In this document: in pieces, positions 34,569 through 42,912 of the stretch
Position numbering within the stretch: position 1 is the stretch's first letter
Layout: every line of letters starts with the position of its first letter
IMG/VR virus record: IMGVR_UViG_3300006654_000150
Span: 1 to 50,750 of that record
Reading direction: 5' to 3' (one strand)
DNA from: a virus
Length of the DNA: 50,750 bases
Notes under the pieces: model-generated
The model's database searches: none
What the model saw: only the letters and a program-made list of their open reading frames with translations
Told to the model about the DNA's origin: nothing
Translations under genes and position numbers: made by a program

Positions 34569-34931
34569 ATGGAGCAGCGCGTAAAGAAAACGCTTGGTGA
34601 AAATTTATTTAAGCTCAGAAAGTTAAAGGGCGTGTCTCAAACCGCCATGGGAAATATCGCCAGAATAAGCCAGAAGACGGTATCAAACCTTGAGAGAGCG
34701 CAGTCTGAAAGCCTCCCGAATCTTCAAACGCTTATCTACGTTGCGGAGTATTTCAAGATACACCCTGGCGTGCTTTTAATGGCGGACCTTACGGACGACA
34801 CCCTTACTGACAGCGAAGTAAGCTTAATGCTTGAGCGCTTTGCCCAGTTGTCGGTGCCGCACAAGCGCCGGATTATGGACTTGATAGGCGACTACTGGAG
34901 CCTGGAAGCGAAACAGACAGACGCAAGCTAA
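34569..34931 (+). CDS. XRE-family HTH prophage repressor (cI analogue) without a peptidase S24 domain
   Basis: ATG 34569 is preceded by AGGAGA at 7 nt. HTH segment: LRKLKGVSQTAMGNIARISQKTVSNLE. At 120 aa there is no room for, and no trace of, an Ala-Gly/Ser-Lys autocleavage domain. Confidence 0.75.
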   Translation: MEQRVKKTLGENLFKLRKLKGVSQTAMGNIARISQKTVSNLERAQSESLPNLQTLIYVAEYFKIHPGVLLMADLTDDTLTDSEVSLMLERFAQLSVPHKRRIMDLIGDYWSLEAKQTDAS

Positions 34932-34950
34932 TCAGAGTTGACATTGCTTC

Positions 34951-34966
34951 CTGTATGTACATACAG
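34951..34966. promoter_or_regulatory. LexA (SOS) box CTGTATGTACATACAG
   Basis: Perfect 16-bp palindrome matching the gamma/beta-proteobacterial CTGT-N8-ACAG box. It lies inside TTGACA(34938)-N18-TACAGT. Confidence 0.7.
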
Positions 34967-34991
34967 TATACGTACTGTAAAGGAGGTGGCC

Positions 34992-35156
34992 ATGCCAGCA
35001 GTTCATGATGTCAGTAGCAAGCTCCAGGAAGTGGAGTTGATTTTGCAGTACCTGTCCCAGCCCGCCAATCTCACAAGCCCCGACAGCGAATACATTCGCG
35101 CCATCGTTGCTCAAAAAGCCCTCGGCATAATCCAAGAAGTAATAGACCCGAAGTAG
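34992..35156 (+). CDS. Small SOS-controlled protein, candidate antirepressor (54 aa)
   Basis: ATG 34992 lies 6 nt after AGGAGGTGG. Sequence: MPAVHDVSSKLQEVELILQYL.... The promoter is overlapped by the LexA box, and a terminator follows. Confidence 0.5.
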   Translation: MPAVHDVSSKLQEVELILQYLSQPANLTSPDSEYIRAIVAQKALGIIQEVIDPK

Positions 35157-35166
35157 TTTCACCAAC

Positions 35167-35195
35167 AGCACGCTACAGGCGTGCTTTAAACTTTT
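35167..35195 (+). terminator. Rho-independent terminator separating the immunity unit from pL
   Basis: AGCACGC-tacag-GCGTGCT (7 bp) followed by TTTAAACTTTT. Confidence 0.6.
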
Positions 35196-35203
35196 CCCCT
35201 TCT

Positions 35204-35217
35204 AGTATTATTTTACT
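35204..35217. promoter_or_regulatory. Operator OL site AGTATTATTTTACT
   Basis: AGTA-N6-TACT pattern, abutting the pL -35. Confidence 0.6.
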
Positions 35218-35245
35218 TGACTCTCCTCCATGCTAGTATTATGTT
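35217..35245 (+). promoter_or_regulatory. Early leftward promoter candidate (pL-like)
   Basis: TTGACT-N17-TATGTT, about 25 nt upstream of GGAGGAA and ATG 35270. Confidence 0.6.
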
Positions 35246-35248
35246 ACT
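35235..35248. promoter_or_regulatory. Operator OL site AGTATTATGTTACT
   Basis: AGTA-N6-TACT pattern covering the pL -10. Lies 31 bp from the other OL site. Confidence 0.6.
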
Positions 35249-35269
35249 AGGAAAACGGAGGAAATAAAG

Positions 35270-35644
35270 ATGATCACAACGCAAGTAAACGGCAGGCTTT
35301 TCATCATCGACGGCAAGGGTGAGTTCTCCCCAGCCGAAGAACAGACCCTTGAAGACTGGCTGCATGCCATGAAGGCTATGGACGCCGCACAAAAGCGCGA
35401 GCGCAGTCCTGAAACCGTCAACACCCACCGCAAGAACATCCGCGAGAAGACCGACCAGCACAACGGTGAGGGCGTTCTCGTGTACTGCTTCAGCAAGAAC
35501 TACATCAAGGCACTGATTGTTGCGCTGGGCATCACTGGCGGCACCGAGCTGATGCGCAATCGTCCGGTGGTTCGCACGCATTCACGGCCTGTTGCTGCCA
35601 ACTTTCAGCTTGGGCGCCTGGAGATCAGCGGAGTGCTGTCATGA
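35270..35644 (+). CDS. LuxR/GerE-type HTH protein, first gene of the pL operon
   Basis: FSPAEEQTLEDWL...RSPETVNTHRKNIREKT fits the GerE HTH pattern (S..TV..H..NI..K). Confidence 0.55.
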   Translation: MITTQVNGRLFIIDGKGEFSPAEEQTLEDWLHAMKAMDAAQKRERSPETVNTHRKNIREKTDQHNGEGVLVYCFSKNYIKALIVALGITGGTELMRNRPVVRTHSRPVAANFQLGRLEISGVLS

Positions 35645-36081
35645 ATCGCCTGATCGTTGCGTTTCTGCTGGTGGCGTCAGCTGATGCTTTCGCTTCGGGT
35701 GCCTACCTCCACACAGGCGCCTGGAGCAAGCACTTTTCCGACGACGCCTACAACGAGTCTCACAGCCTCCTGGCCGTTGAGTATCGCTCATACATGGCCG
35801 GCTACTTCAAGAACAGTTATGGCGAGGACTCGGTTTTCGCCGCCAAACGCTGGTCATGGAGTCGCGGCAACTGGGAGGCCGGCATTGCAGTGGGCGCCGT
35901 TTACGGATACCGCCATTGCTTTAAGGGGTGGGCGGATCGCTCGCGCCGAGTATGCCCGCTCGTGTCTCCCTCTCTCACATACACGAAGTACGCCATTCAG
36001 CCATCTGTGCTGTTTATGGGCAATGCAGTGGCCCTCTCTGTCCGCACGAACCTGGATGCACTTTTTGGAGGTTCACAATGA
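35641..36081 (+). CDS. Signal-peptide outer-membrane beta-barrel protein, PagP-like (paralog 1)
   Basis: Signal peptide MNRLIVAFLLVASADAFA. Motifs AWSKHF, YNE, GYFKNS, PLVSPSLTY..IQPS..MGNAV align by eye with E. coli PagP ITWHARF, YNE, AFKDS, PLASVGY..FQMT..NGNV. Confidence 0.45.
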   Translation: MNRLIVAFLLVASADAFASGAYLHTGAWSKHFSDDAYNESHSLLAVEYRSYMAGYFKNSYGEDSVFAAKRWSWSRGNWEAGIAVGAVYGYRHCFKGWADRSRRVCPLVSPSLTYTKYAIQPSVLFMGNAVALSVRTNLDALFGGSQ

Positions 36082-36359
36082 ACCCTCTCGACTACCAATT
36101 TCATCGGGCACAAGGCCTGTTAAAGAGCAAAGCGTTGCGATCCCCGTTTAGAGGGCAGAAAGCCGTCGCCCTCTCTTTTTCGCCAGCGCTAACAGGCATC
36201 GAGCCAGCCACGAAAGAAGATCGACTTCACGAATGGCGGGTTAAGGCAGCGGCGCTGAACACGCTGCGCATTAGAGACGAACGGTTGTCCGCTACTCGCT
36301 GGAAGGTGATGCGGAGGATTGCAGCGAATCGGATTGAGGATAGGAGGAAGGCGGCATGA
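36078..36359 (+). CDS. Hypothetical protein
   Basis: ATG 36078 forms an ATGA with the upstream stop. GGAGG 6 nt upstream. Confidence 0.5.
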   Translation: MNPLDYQFHRAQGLLKSKALRSPFRGQKAVALSFSPALTGIEPATKEDRLHEWRVKAAALNTLRIRDERLSATRWKVMRRIAANRIEDRRKAA

Positions 36360-36622
36360 AACAGATCAGCGAGCTCCAAAAGCTATTCAACCTGATCCTG
36401 CACATCAGCGAAAGCTATGCAGCCGAAGCTGAAGCAGGATTCAACTGGGACACGCGCAGTGTCGAGATCACCGTAGACGAATCTGGCAAAACCCTCTACG
36501 CAGCGACACTGGAAATTGACAGCGATGCGGTTGAGGCAAAGGCCCGACTGATCAGGCACGAACTTGAGCAGATGATTGCTGAGTGTGAGTTGCCGATTTT
36601 GGGAATGGAGGTGGCGGCGTGA
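36356..36622 (+). CDS. Hypothetical acidic protein
   Basis: ATGA overlap. 88 aa. Confidence 0.55.
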   Translation: MKQISELQKLFNLILHISESYAAEAEAGFNWDTRSVEITVDESGKTLYAATLEIDSDAVEAKARLIRHELEQMIAECELPILGMEVAA

Positions 36623-37116
36623 AGGGAGAACAGAAACCCGCTGAATATCTCGATGGCTTGGCAGAGATCAGAGTCAAGGCTATGCGCGAGGGCGGCGAAA
36701 TAGAGGTTCCTGCTCTTGCGCATAAATCTTGCCCCGGCCTGGCCGTGACGATGTTTCCGTTTGGGGCATTTGCGGTGACCCACATCAAAACCGGCTGCAA
36801 GCTGTGCAGCCCCAGCGAGCGGGCATCAACCGCCATGCTGACGATGAGTCAGTTTGCACTTGTCGCTGACCTCATGGGCGAGGCTTGGGCAGATATGGAT
36901 CAGGCGCAGGCTTCGCAGATGATCAAGGATGCCAGCCCAAAGGAAGTTCCGTTTGACGGCTACACCAGCACCTCAAATAAGGGGACTCGAAAGATGACCG
37001 TGGGCGAATGGTTTCAAGCGGTTCGCTTTACATTCCCCGGTGAATTTCCATGGGAAGAAAAAGACCCATTTGGAATGGCCTTTGAGAACTTCGAAAAACT
37101 GGAGGCGGCATCGTGA
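36619..37116 (+). CDS. Hypothetical protein
   Basis: GTGA overlap. 165 aa. Confidence 0.55.
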   Translation: MKGEQKPAEYLDGLAEIRVKAMREGGEIEVPALAHKSCPGLAVTMFPFGAFAVTHIKTGCKLCSPSERASTAMLTMSQFALVADLMGEAWADMDQAQASQMIKDASPKEVPFDGYTSTSNKGTRKMTVGEWFQAVRFTFPGEFPWEEKDPFGMAFENFEKLEAAS

Positions 37117-37379
37117 GCACTTTGAATATTCCGTTTCTGCCCTGGTTCTCTGAGAGCAGTTGCGTCACTAACGCAAATGACGAGTGCGTGTTCGCGGCGG
37201 TCAACGGCCAAGTTTACAGAAGCAACAGCCAAGAGGATCACGACACTGCAAAGTTGGTGGCCGCAGCGCCGGATCTTTATAACGCACTCGAAACACTGGC
37301 CACTTACGCAGAACTGAAAGGTATTCCGACAAACGCAGCACAGGCCGCGCTCGCAAAAGCCAGAGGGGAGGTCGCATGA
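37113..37379 (+). CDS. Hypothetical protein
   Basis: GTGA overlap. 88 aa. Confidence 0.5.
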   Translation: MSTLNIPFLPWFSESSCVTNANDECVFAAVNGQVYRSNSQEDHDTAKLVAAAPDLYNALETLATYAELKGIPTNAAQAALAKARGEVA

Positions 37380-37582
37380 CCCACACACCCAGCTCCACAA
37401 AGTTCCGCGAGGAATGCCAGAAGCTGCCAGATCACTCCATGCACTTATACGGACGCATGGTGGTCACGATTTACCTGGTGGCTCAGTACAAGGACCGCGT
37501 AAAGGCGCACAGCAAGAGATTGGCTTTGGCGCTTGAGCGGATGGATCGGGAATTGGTTGAGGGGGTCAGGAATGAATATTGA
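37376..37582 (+). CDS. Hypothetical protein
   Basis: ATGA overlap. 68 aa. Confidence 0.5.
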   Translation: MTHTPSSTKFREECQKLPDHSMHLYGRMVVTIYLVAQYKDRVKAHSKRLALALERMDRELVEGVRNEY

Positions 37583-38066
37583 TCCACGAGCATTCAGTGA
37601 GGACAAGTTGCAGCCGCCGTGGAACCTGCCCTTTGTGAGCAGGAAGGCACTCAAACGAGTTAAGAACCCGCTGCCTATCCCGGAATCGTGCCGGTATTGC
37701 GGACCAAGAACTCCGGTTTTCATCGGTAGCCACGAAGAAATCTACAACGGGCGGTCATACGGCGACTGGCCTTACGTCTGCCTGTGCGACAACTGCGAGG
37801 CATACGTGGGGCTACACCCGTTCACCGACATACCGCTTGGAACTTTGGCCGATGCTGATCTGCGCGAGGCCCGGAAGAAAAATAAGTCGATCTTCCAGAA
37901 TGTTCTCAAGCGGTCGCTTATGTCGCGCAACGAGGGTTATCAGTGGCTCGCTGACGAAATGGAGATACCCGTTGAGCATTGCCACTGGGGCTGGTTTGAA
38001 ATCCAAGATTGCAAAAAGGCTGGCGCTATCTGCCGAGCGAAGATGGAGGAACTGTCATGCCATTAA
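37572..38066 (+). CDS. Zinc-ribbon protein (DUF3268-like)
   Basis: Start reassigned to ATG 37572. Motif: CRYCG...CLCDNCEAYVGLHPFTDIPLGTLA. Confidence 0.55.
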   Translation: MNIDPRAFSEDKLQPPWNLPFVSRKALKRVKNPLPIPESCRYCGPRTPVFIGSHEEIYNGRSYGDWPYVCLCDNCEAYVGLHPFTDIPLGTLADADLREARKKNKSIFQNVLKRSLMSRNEGYQWLADEMEIPVEHCHWGWFEIQDCKKAGAICRAKMEELSCH

Positions 38067-38422
38067 CAGCAAGCCAATACCAGAAACAACTGGACACCGA
38101 CGGCGAACTGGCCATTGCGGTTGAGCGGGCCGAGCAGGATTGCAGAGAGAAGCTGCTGAATCTTGAGCGCTGGCACTACCCCGAGAAGGTCCGGCCATGG
38201 GCCGTTAAGTGGCAATACGCAGGCGAGCAGGACGTGACAGAGGCGCTGTATGACCTGTGCCACGACGAGATAGTTCTGGCCCTGTCCCTGCTGGACACCG
38301 ACGCCCTGGAAGCCGTGCGGATTCTGAAAGAGTGTCGGCGCAAGGCGGTTGAGGATGTGCTGGGGCGGATGGATTTTGAGGCGATTGTTAAGGCGATTAG
38401 TGAACAGGAGTGTGCAGCGTAA
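38057..38422 (+). CDS. Hypothetical protein
   Basis: ATG 38057 follows GGAGG. 121 aa. Confidence 0.5.
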   Translation: MPLTASQYQKQLDTDGELAIAVERAEQDCREKLLNLERWHYPEKVRPWAVKWQYAGEQDVTEALYDLCHDEIVLALSLLDTDALEAVRILKECRRKAVEDVLGRMDFEAIVKAISEQECAA

Positions 38423-39261
38423 TGGGTATTTTCGAGGAACAAACAGAAGGCACGGTTGCGCCTGGCTACCACACCGACCTGACCAACGAGCAATATCACT
38501 CGGGCCCCGGCGTCAGCAAAAGCCAACTGGACCTGATTCACCGCTCGCCCTCCCTGCTGCAGTGGTCAAAGGCAGCGCCAGAGGACGACGAAAAGAAAGC
38601 AGCCCTCAATGTGGGTGACGCGGTTCACGCGCTCATTCTTGAGCCGCACCGGTTCCGCGACGAATTTGCCATCGGCCCTAAAGATGCGCCCCGGAACACG
38701 AAAGAGGGCAAGGCGAAGTGGGCAGAGTTTGAGGCTGGGCTGAAAGAGGGTCAAACCGTTCTGAGCGCTGACGAGGGCCGGAAGGTCGAATTGATTTACG
38801 GCAGCGTCATGGCCCACCCCCACGCTAGATGGATTGCAGAGGCTGCCGGAGACGCTGAGGCGAGCATCTACTGGAACGACCCAGAGAGCGGCCTGCTTTG
38901 CCGGTGCCGGCCCGACAAGCTGATCAAAGAGCACGGCTGGATTGTGGACGTGAAAACCACGGCAGATATGAGCAAGTTCAACCGCTCCGTGTGGGATTAC
39001 CGTTATCACGTACAGGATGCGTTCTATTCCGAAGGCTACAAGCAGCACTTTGGCGAAGCGCCTGCTGGGTTCCTGTTTCTGGTGGTTAGCACTTCAATCG
39101 AGTGCGGCAAGTACCCGGTTCGCCTGTTCTGCCTGGACGCCGAAGCCAAGGCCAAGGGCCAAGCCTCCATGCGAGAGGACCTTTCTGTCCTGGCCGAGTG
39201 CGAGCGCACAGGCGAGTTTCCCGGAATTGAAACATTGTCACTGCCCCGATGGGCAGCATAA
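38422..39261 (+). CDS. RecE/YqaJ-type PD-(D/E)XK recombination exonuclease
   Basis: Start reassigned to ATG 38422 (TAATG junction). Motifs: YHSGPGVSKSQL, GDAVHALILEP, RPDKLI...IVDVKTT. Confidence 0.7.
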   Translation: MGIFEEQTEGTVAPGYHTDLTNEQYHSGPGVSKSQLDLIHRSPSLLQWSKAAPEDDEKKAALNVGDAVHALILEPHRFRDEFAIGPKDAPRNTKEGKAKWAEFEAGLKEGQTVLSADEGRKVELIYGSVMAHPHARWIAEAAGDAEASIYWNDPESGLLCRCRPDKLIKEHGWIVDVKTTADMSKFNRSVWDYRYHVQDAFYSEGYKQHFGEAPAGFLFLVVSTSIECGKYPVRLFCLDAEAKAKGQASMREDLSVLAECERTGEFPGIETLSLPRWAA

Positions 39262-39271
39262 GGAGATTGCA

Positions 39272-40162
39272 ATGAATAATCAGCCGACAGTAAGCGGCCA
39301 GCAAGCGCCGCAGCCGACAAACCCATTTGGCAATAAACAGATGGGCGAGCACGTCAACCACGGAACCGTGCACATTGAGCAGAGCCGTGCCGTTACCGAG
39401 GCGCAAGGCAAGCTACTGCTGGCAAAGCGCTTCCCGCGTGACAAGTTCCGCGCCTTTGAGGAAATCATGGAGTCGTGCAGCCGTCCCGGTATTGCGGCCA
39501 CTGGCGAATACACCTACCCACGCGGCGGTCAGACCGTTCGGGGCCCTTCTATTCGACTGACAGAGGAACTGGCCCGGTGCTGGGGAAACATCGACTACGG
39601 CATCCGTGAGTTGTCTCGCACCGATGGCGTCAGTGAAATGGAAGCCTACGCATGGGACCTGGAAACCAACACGGTCAGCAGCCAGAAGTTTACCGTTCGC
39701 CACATTCGTGACAAGCAAGGTGGCAACCAGGCCCTGACGCAAGAGCGGGACATCTACGAGATTACCGCCAACATGGGCGCTCGTCGCCTGCGGGCCCGCC
39801 TTCTGGCCATTCTTCCGCCTGACATTGTGGATGAGGCGGTGAACCGGTGCCGCCAGACTTTGGCCGGGAAAACCGACGAGCCGATTGCCGACCGGGTGCG
39901 CCGGATCATCAGCGCTTTCAGCAAGTACGGCGTCCGAGAAAAGCACATTGAATCCTACCTTGGGAAGAAAGCCGAGGACATTCTGCCGGACGACATTGCC
40001 GACCTTCAGGGCGTTTACAACAGCCTGAAAGGTGGACAGGCCAGCGCGGAAGATTTCTTCAACATTAAATCGACCGAGAAGGGACAGGCTGCGGATCTTA
40101 ACAAGGCCATGGAAGGGGCAATGAAGCAGGACGAGCCGGAGAAGAAGGAGGCGGAATCATGA
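39272..40162 (+). CDS. Single-strand annealing recombinase (partner of the exonuclease)
   Basis: Start reassigned to ATG 39272 (AGGAG upstream). Called from its position after the exonuclease and a general resemblance to RecT/Red-beta-type proteins. The family is not resolved by eye. Confidence 0.5.
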   Translation: MNNQPTVSGQQAPQPTNPFGNKQMGEHVNHGTVHIEQSRAVTEAQGKLLLAKRFPRDKFRAFEEIMESCSRPGIAATGEYTYPRGGQTVRGPSIRLTEELARCWGNIDYGIRELSRTDGVSEMEAYAWDLETNTVSSQKFTVRHIRDKQGGNQALTQERDIYEITANMGARRLRARLLAILPPDIVDEAVNRCRQTLAGKTDEPIADRVRRIISAFSKYGVREKHIESYLGKKAEDILPDDIADLQGVYNSLKGGQASAEDFFNIKSTEKGQAADLNKAMEGAMKQDEPEKKEAES

Positions 40163-40617
40163 CAGCCCGCAGAGATCTAACCGACGACCACATGAGTCAC
40201 CTTCGGGCCTGCGCTGCCCAAGGGTTGAGTCTGACCAAAGCTGCGCAGGAAATGGGCGTGGCGCACGGCTGGGTAACGCGATCCGCCCAGCGCCTTGGCC
40301 TGCTCCATGAGATCAGCCAACTGTTCCCGAATGACTACCAGGAGGCAAGGCGGTTCCGGCTGTCTGATGAGCAGATCGACCGGCTCAGGGCCATGGCCGA
40401 AACCGGCGCAACCCGGATTGATATGGCCCGGAAGATTGGCTGTTGTGATGTAACTCTCAACAAGGCCATTCGGGCGGCCGGCATTGACGAAGAACTGAAA
40501 GACATTGCTCGCCGGGCTCGCGAGCGCAAGGTTTCCGACATTGAAACCGGCGCCCTGCCCCGCGATGTGTGTCCGGCAGTGCAGTGGCTTACCAAGCCTT
40601 GGAGGGTGGCGGCATGA
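40159..40617 (+). CDS. Double-HTH protein (GcrA-like N-terminal HTH)
   Basis: Two HTH-like repeats (GLSLTKAAQEMGVAHGWVTRSAQRLG and GATRIDMARKIGCCDVTLNKAIR). ATGA overlap upstream. Confidence 0.5.
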   Translation: MTARRDLTDDHMSHLRACAAQGLSLTKAAQEMGVAHGWVTRSAQRLGLLHEISQLFPNDYQEARRFRLSDEQIDRLRAMAETGATRIDMARKIGCCDVTLNKAIRAAGIDEELKDIARRARERKVSDIETGALPRDVCPAVQWLTKPWRVAA

Positions 40618-40961
40618 AGGCAGTTAAATACACGATCTGGACCTACCCAGAGATGCAGAGGCTGAGAGAAATGGCCGAGGACGGTCTGCCGGCAAAGGTG
40701 ATTGCCGAAACACTAGGGCGCACCAGGAACAGCGTTTACGACCGGGCCAGAAAGATGGACGTCAGGCTGCAATACCCGTGCGGCGAGAACACCGCGAAAA
40801 CTCGGCTGCCAGACGAGATCGTCAAAGCAATTCGGGTTATGCGCGAAGGCGGGATTTCGGTAGCCGACATAACCAGAGTTCTGAATCGTCAATTCCGTAT
40901 AAGCCCAACCCACGCGAAGGGCATTTGCCGGGGCGAAAGACGACAGGAGGCACCAGCATGA
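40614..40961 (+). CDS. Double-HTH protein, paralogous in architecture to the preceding gene
   Basis: Start reassigned to ATG 40614 (ATGA). WTYPEMQRLREMAEDGLPAKVIAETLGRTRNSVYDRARKM is GcrA-like. Confidence 0.5.
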   Translation: MKAVKYTIWTYPEMQRLREMAEDGLPAKVIAETLGRTRNSVYDRARKMDVRLQYPCGENTAKTRLPDEIVKAIRVMREGGISVADITRVLNRQFRISPTHAKGICRGERRQEAPA

Positions 40962-41116
40962 ACCCACACAACAAAGACGAATTCCGACGCCAATGGGAAG
41001 CCCTGGATGACTGCGACCAGGCCGGCGTAGTGATTAGCGATCCTGAATTGATACGTGCGGCTGCGGATAAGGATGCGGCGGCAGAGATGGAGATGGGGAG
41101 TGATGGGGATGAGTGA
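40958..41116 (+). CDS. Small acidic protein (52 aa)
   Basis: ATG 40958 follows AGGAGG and forms an ATGA with the upstream stop. Confidence 0.45.
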   Translation: MNPHNKDEFRRQWEALDDCDQAGVVISDPELIRAAADKDAAAEMEMGSDGDE

Positions 41117-42053
41117 GCATAGACCAGATCCAGAGTTCGTTGAATACATGGAGGACCAGGTGAATAACGCTTTCCTGTCTGCGGCCACTGTCATGCAGAT
41201 GGAGCGGGTGTTTATCGATCAGCGCGAGAAGTATGAGGCGAGGTTGCAAGCAGCCCGCGAGCAGGAGGGCGGTGAGGTAGCGGCTTGGCGCATGACGTTC
41301 ACAGACGAAAACGGAGTTCCGTGCCGAGAGGTTTTCTGGGAGCAGAGGCACTTGGATTCTCACTACGAACATAACACCAAAAAACGGAGCCTAGATTGCA
41401 CGGTAACGCCACTCTACACCCACCCGCCCCAGTCTCAGGGAGTGCCGGAGGGCTGGAAGCACGAAATCATTGAGGCTCCTGATTTAATTCCCCGCAGGCC
41501 GGCCTCGGATGAACCCGGTGTGTTAGCGGAGTATGAAGAATCCGATAGAGAGTGGTTCGAGAACAACTCAGAGCTTGTTGAGGCGCTTTTGACGAATTCG
41601 GAGAAAATTCGAGCCCTACTCTCCACCCCCGCCGCGCCCCAGGCTGACAGTTTCCAGAACCGCGTAGCGCCTTGGATGCAAGAGTGCTTCGGCCCTGAGA
41701 TCTCAGCCGATAGAACGGAGCGGAATCATCGATTCCTTGAGGAAGCGCTGGAGCTTGTCCAGTCGCTCGGCTGCACCAGTGATGAGGCGCACCAGTTAGT
41801 GGATTACGTATTTGGACGCGAAGTTGGCGAGCCGTTCCAAGAAGTGGGCGGTGTTCGGGTGACGCTGGCAGCTCTATGTCTTGCCAACAATCTCGATCAG
41901 GACGATTGCGCGGAACTGGAACTGGCGCGGATTACTCAGCCACAGACAGTGAAGAAGATCCGAGAAAAGCAGAAGCGTAAACCGTCCATGAGTCCCCTGC
42001 CCGGAGTTTATCCAGAGCGCCCGCAGCCGCCTGAACAGGGGGACGGTGTATGA
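41109..42053 (+). CDS. Protein with a C-terminal MazG-like all-alpha NTP pyrophosphohydrolase-type domain
   Basis: FQNRVAPWMQECFG...RNHRFLEEALELVQS...EVGGVRVTLAALC. The start could be 41103 or 41109. Confidence 0.45.
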   Translation: MSEHRPDPEFVEYMEDQVNNAFLSAATVMQMERVFIDQREKYEARLQAAREQEGGEVAAWRMTFTDENGVPCREVFWEQRHLDSHYEHNTKKRSLDCTVTPLYTHPPQSQGVPEGWKHEIIEAPDLIPRRPASDEPGVLAEYEESDREWFENNSELVEALLTNSEKIRALLSTPAAPQADSFQNRVAPWMQECFGPEISADRTERNHRFLEEALELVQSLGCTSDEAHQLVDYVFGREVGEPFQEVGGVRVTLAALCLANNLDQDDCAELELARITQPQTVKKIREKQKRKPSMSPLPGVYPERPQPPEQGDGV

Positions 42054-42541
42054 GTGACGCATCCGATCACAGATGGAACTTTGAAGAAGGTGTGCACGGT
42101 CGAGTTCTTAGGTGCACAAACGACCACCCGAAAGGTTATCCGTGTGAATACGAGCCTCTTACCGCGGAAGAGGCGGAGGGCATGGCTGACCTTATATCGA
42201 AGCAGGGAGCCGAAATCACCACCCTCCGCCAACAACTGGAGCAATCCGAGATGCGGTGTACGGAGTTAGGATCTGAAAACGAATCTCTTTGGGAAACGTT
42301 CGTTAAGGTTTCGGATTATCTAGGCATCGACAACGAAGCAGCCAGAAAGATCCCCGGAAAGCCGTCCATCGTTTTCCGCTCCGCCATTCTCCGCAAGCAG
42401 GCAGAGGCGGTGGAAGCTTTCTCCAAGCCCTATACACGGACGCCCTTTACACGCGAAATCGCTAAAGACGGCCACGATTACGCCCAAAGCCTCCGCCAAC
42501 AAGCCGACGAAATCGAAAGCTCAAATCAAGGAGATATCTGA
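42050..42541 (+). CDS. Hypothetical coiled-coil protein
   Basis: ATGA overlap. 163 aa. Confidence 0.55.
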   Translation: MSDASDHRWNFEEGVHGRVLRCTNDHPKGYPCEYEPLTAEEAEGMADLISKQGAEITTLRQQLEQSEMRCTELGSENESLWETFVKVSDYLGIDNEAARKIPGKPSIVFRSAILRKQAEAVEAFSKPYTRTPFTREIAKDGHDYAQSLRQQADEIESSNQGDI

Positions 42542-42900
42542 TGAACGAATCAAATCCAGACCAAGGAAAGACCGAGGCGCAGAAGCTGGAAACAGCTCGC
42601 CTGTGGCACGAACTCAAAGAATCCCATGATCGGGAAGGATTGTTGGCCCATGCCGGCCATGAACTGCTTTATGAATTGGACCGCGAACTTGGCGGGGATA
42701 TGCCGAAGAAAGTCCGGCGGGCCTGCGATCAACTATCCGCCGCTCTGCCAAGGGATTTGCGGCAACAGTTGGAGCCCGGTATTCCGCCTTACGTGGAAGA
42801 GAAGATGGGCAGACTCACCAAAAGGATCATGCTGTTTGGGTTCCCGATCATGCTGGGACTGTTGGTGTGGGCTTATGCGGTCACTCTGGCGGCGGACTGA
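42541..42900 (+). CDS. Hypothetical protein with a C-terminal TM segment
   Basis: TGATG junction. C-terminus IMLFGFPIMLGLLVWAYAVTLAA. Confidence 0.55.
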   Translation: MNESNPDQGKTEAQKLETARLWHELKESHDREGLLAHAGHELLYELDRELGGDMPKKVRRACDQLSAALPRDLRQQLEPGIPPYVEEKMGRLTKRIMLFGFPIMLGLLVWAYAVTLAAD

Positions 42901-42912
42901 GGGAGTCGAATC

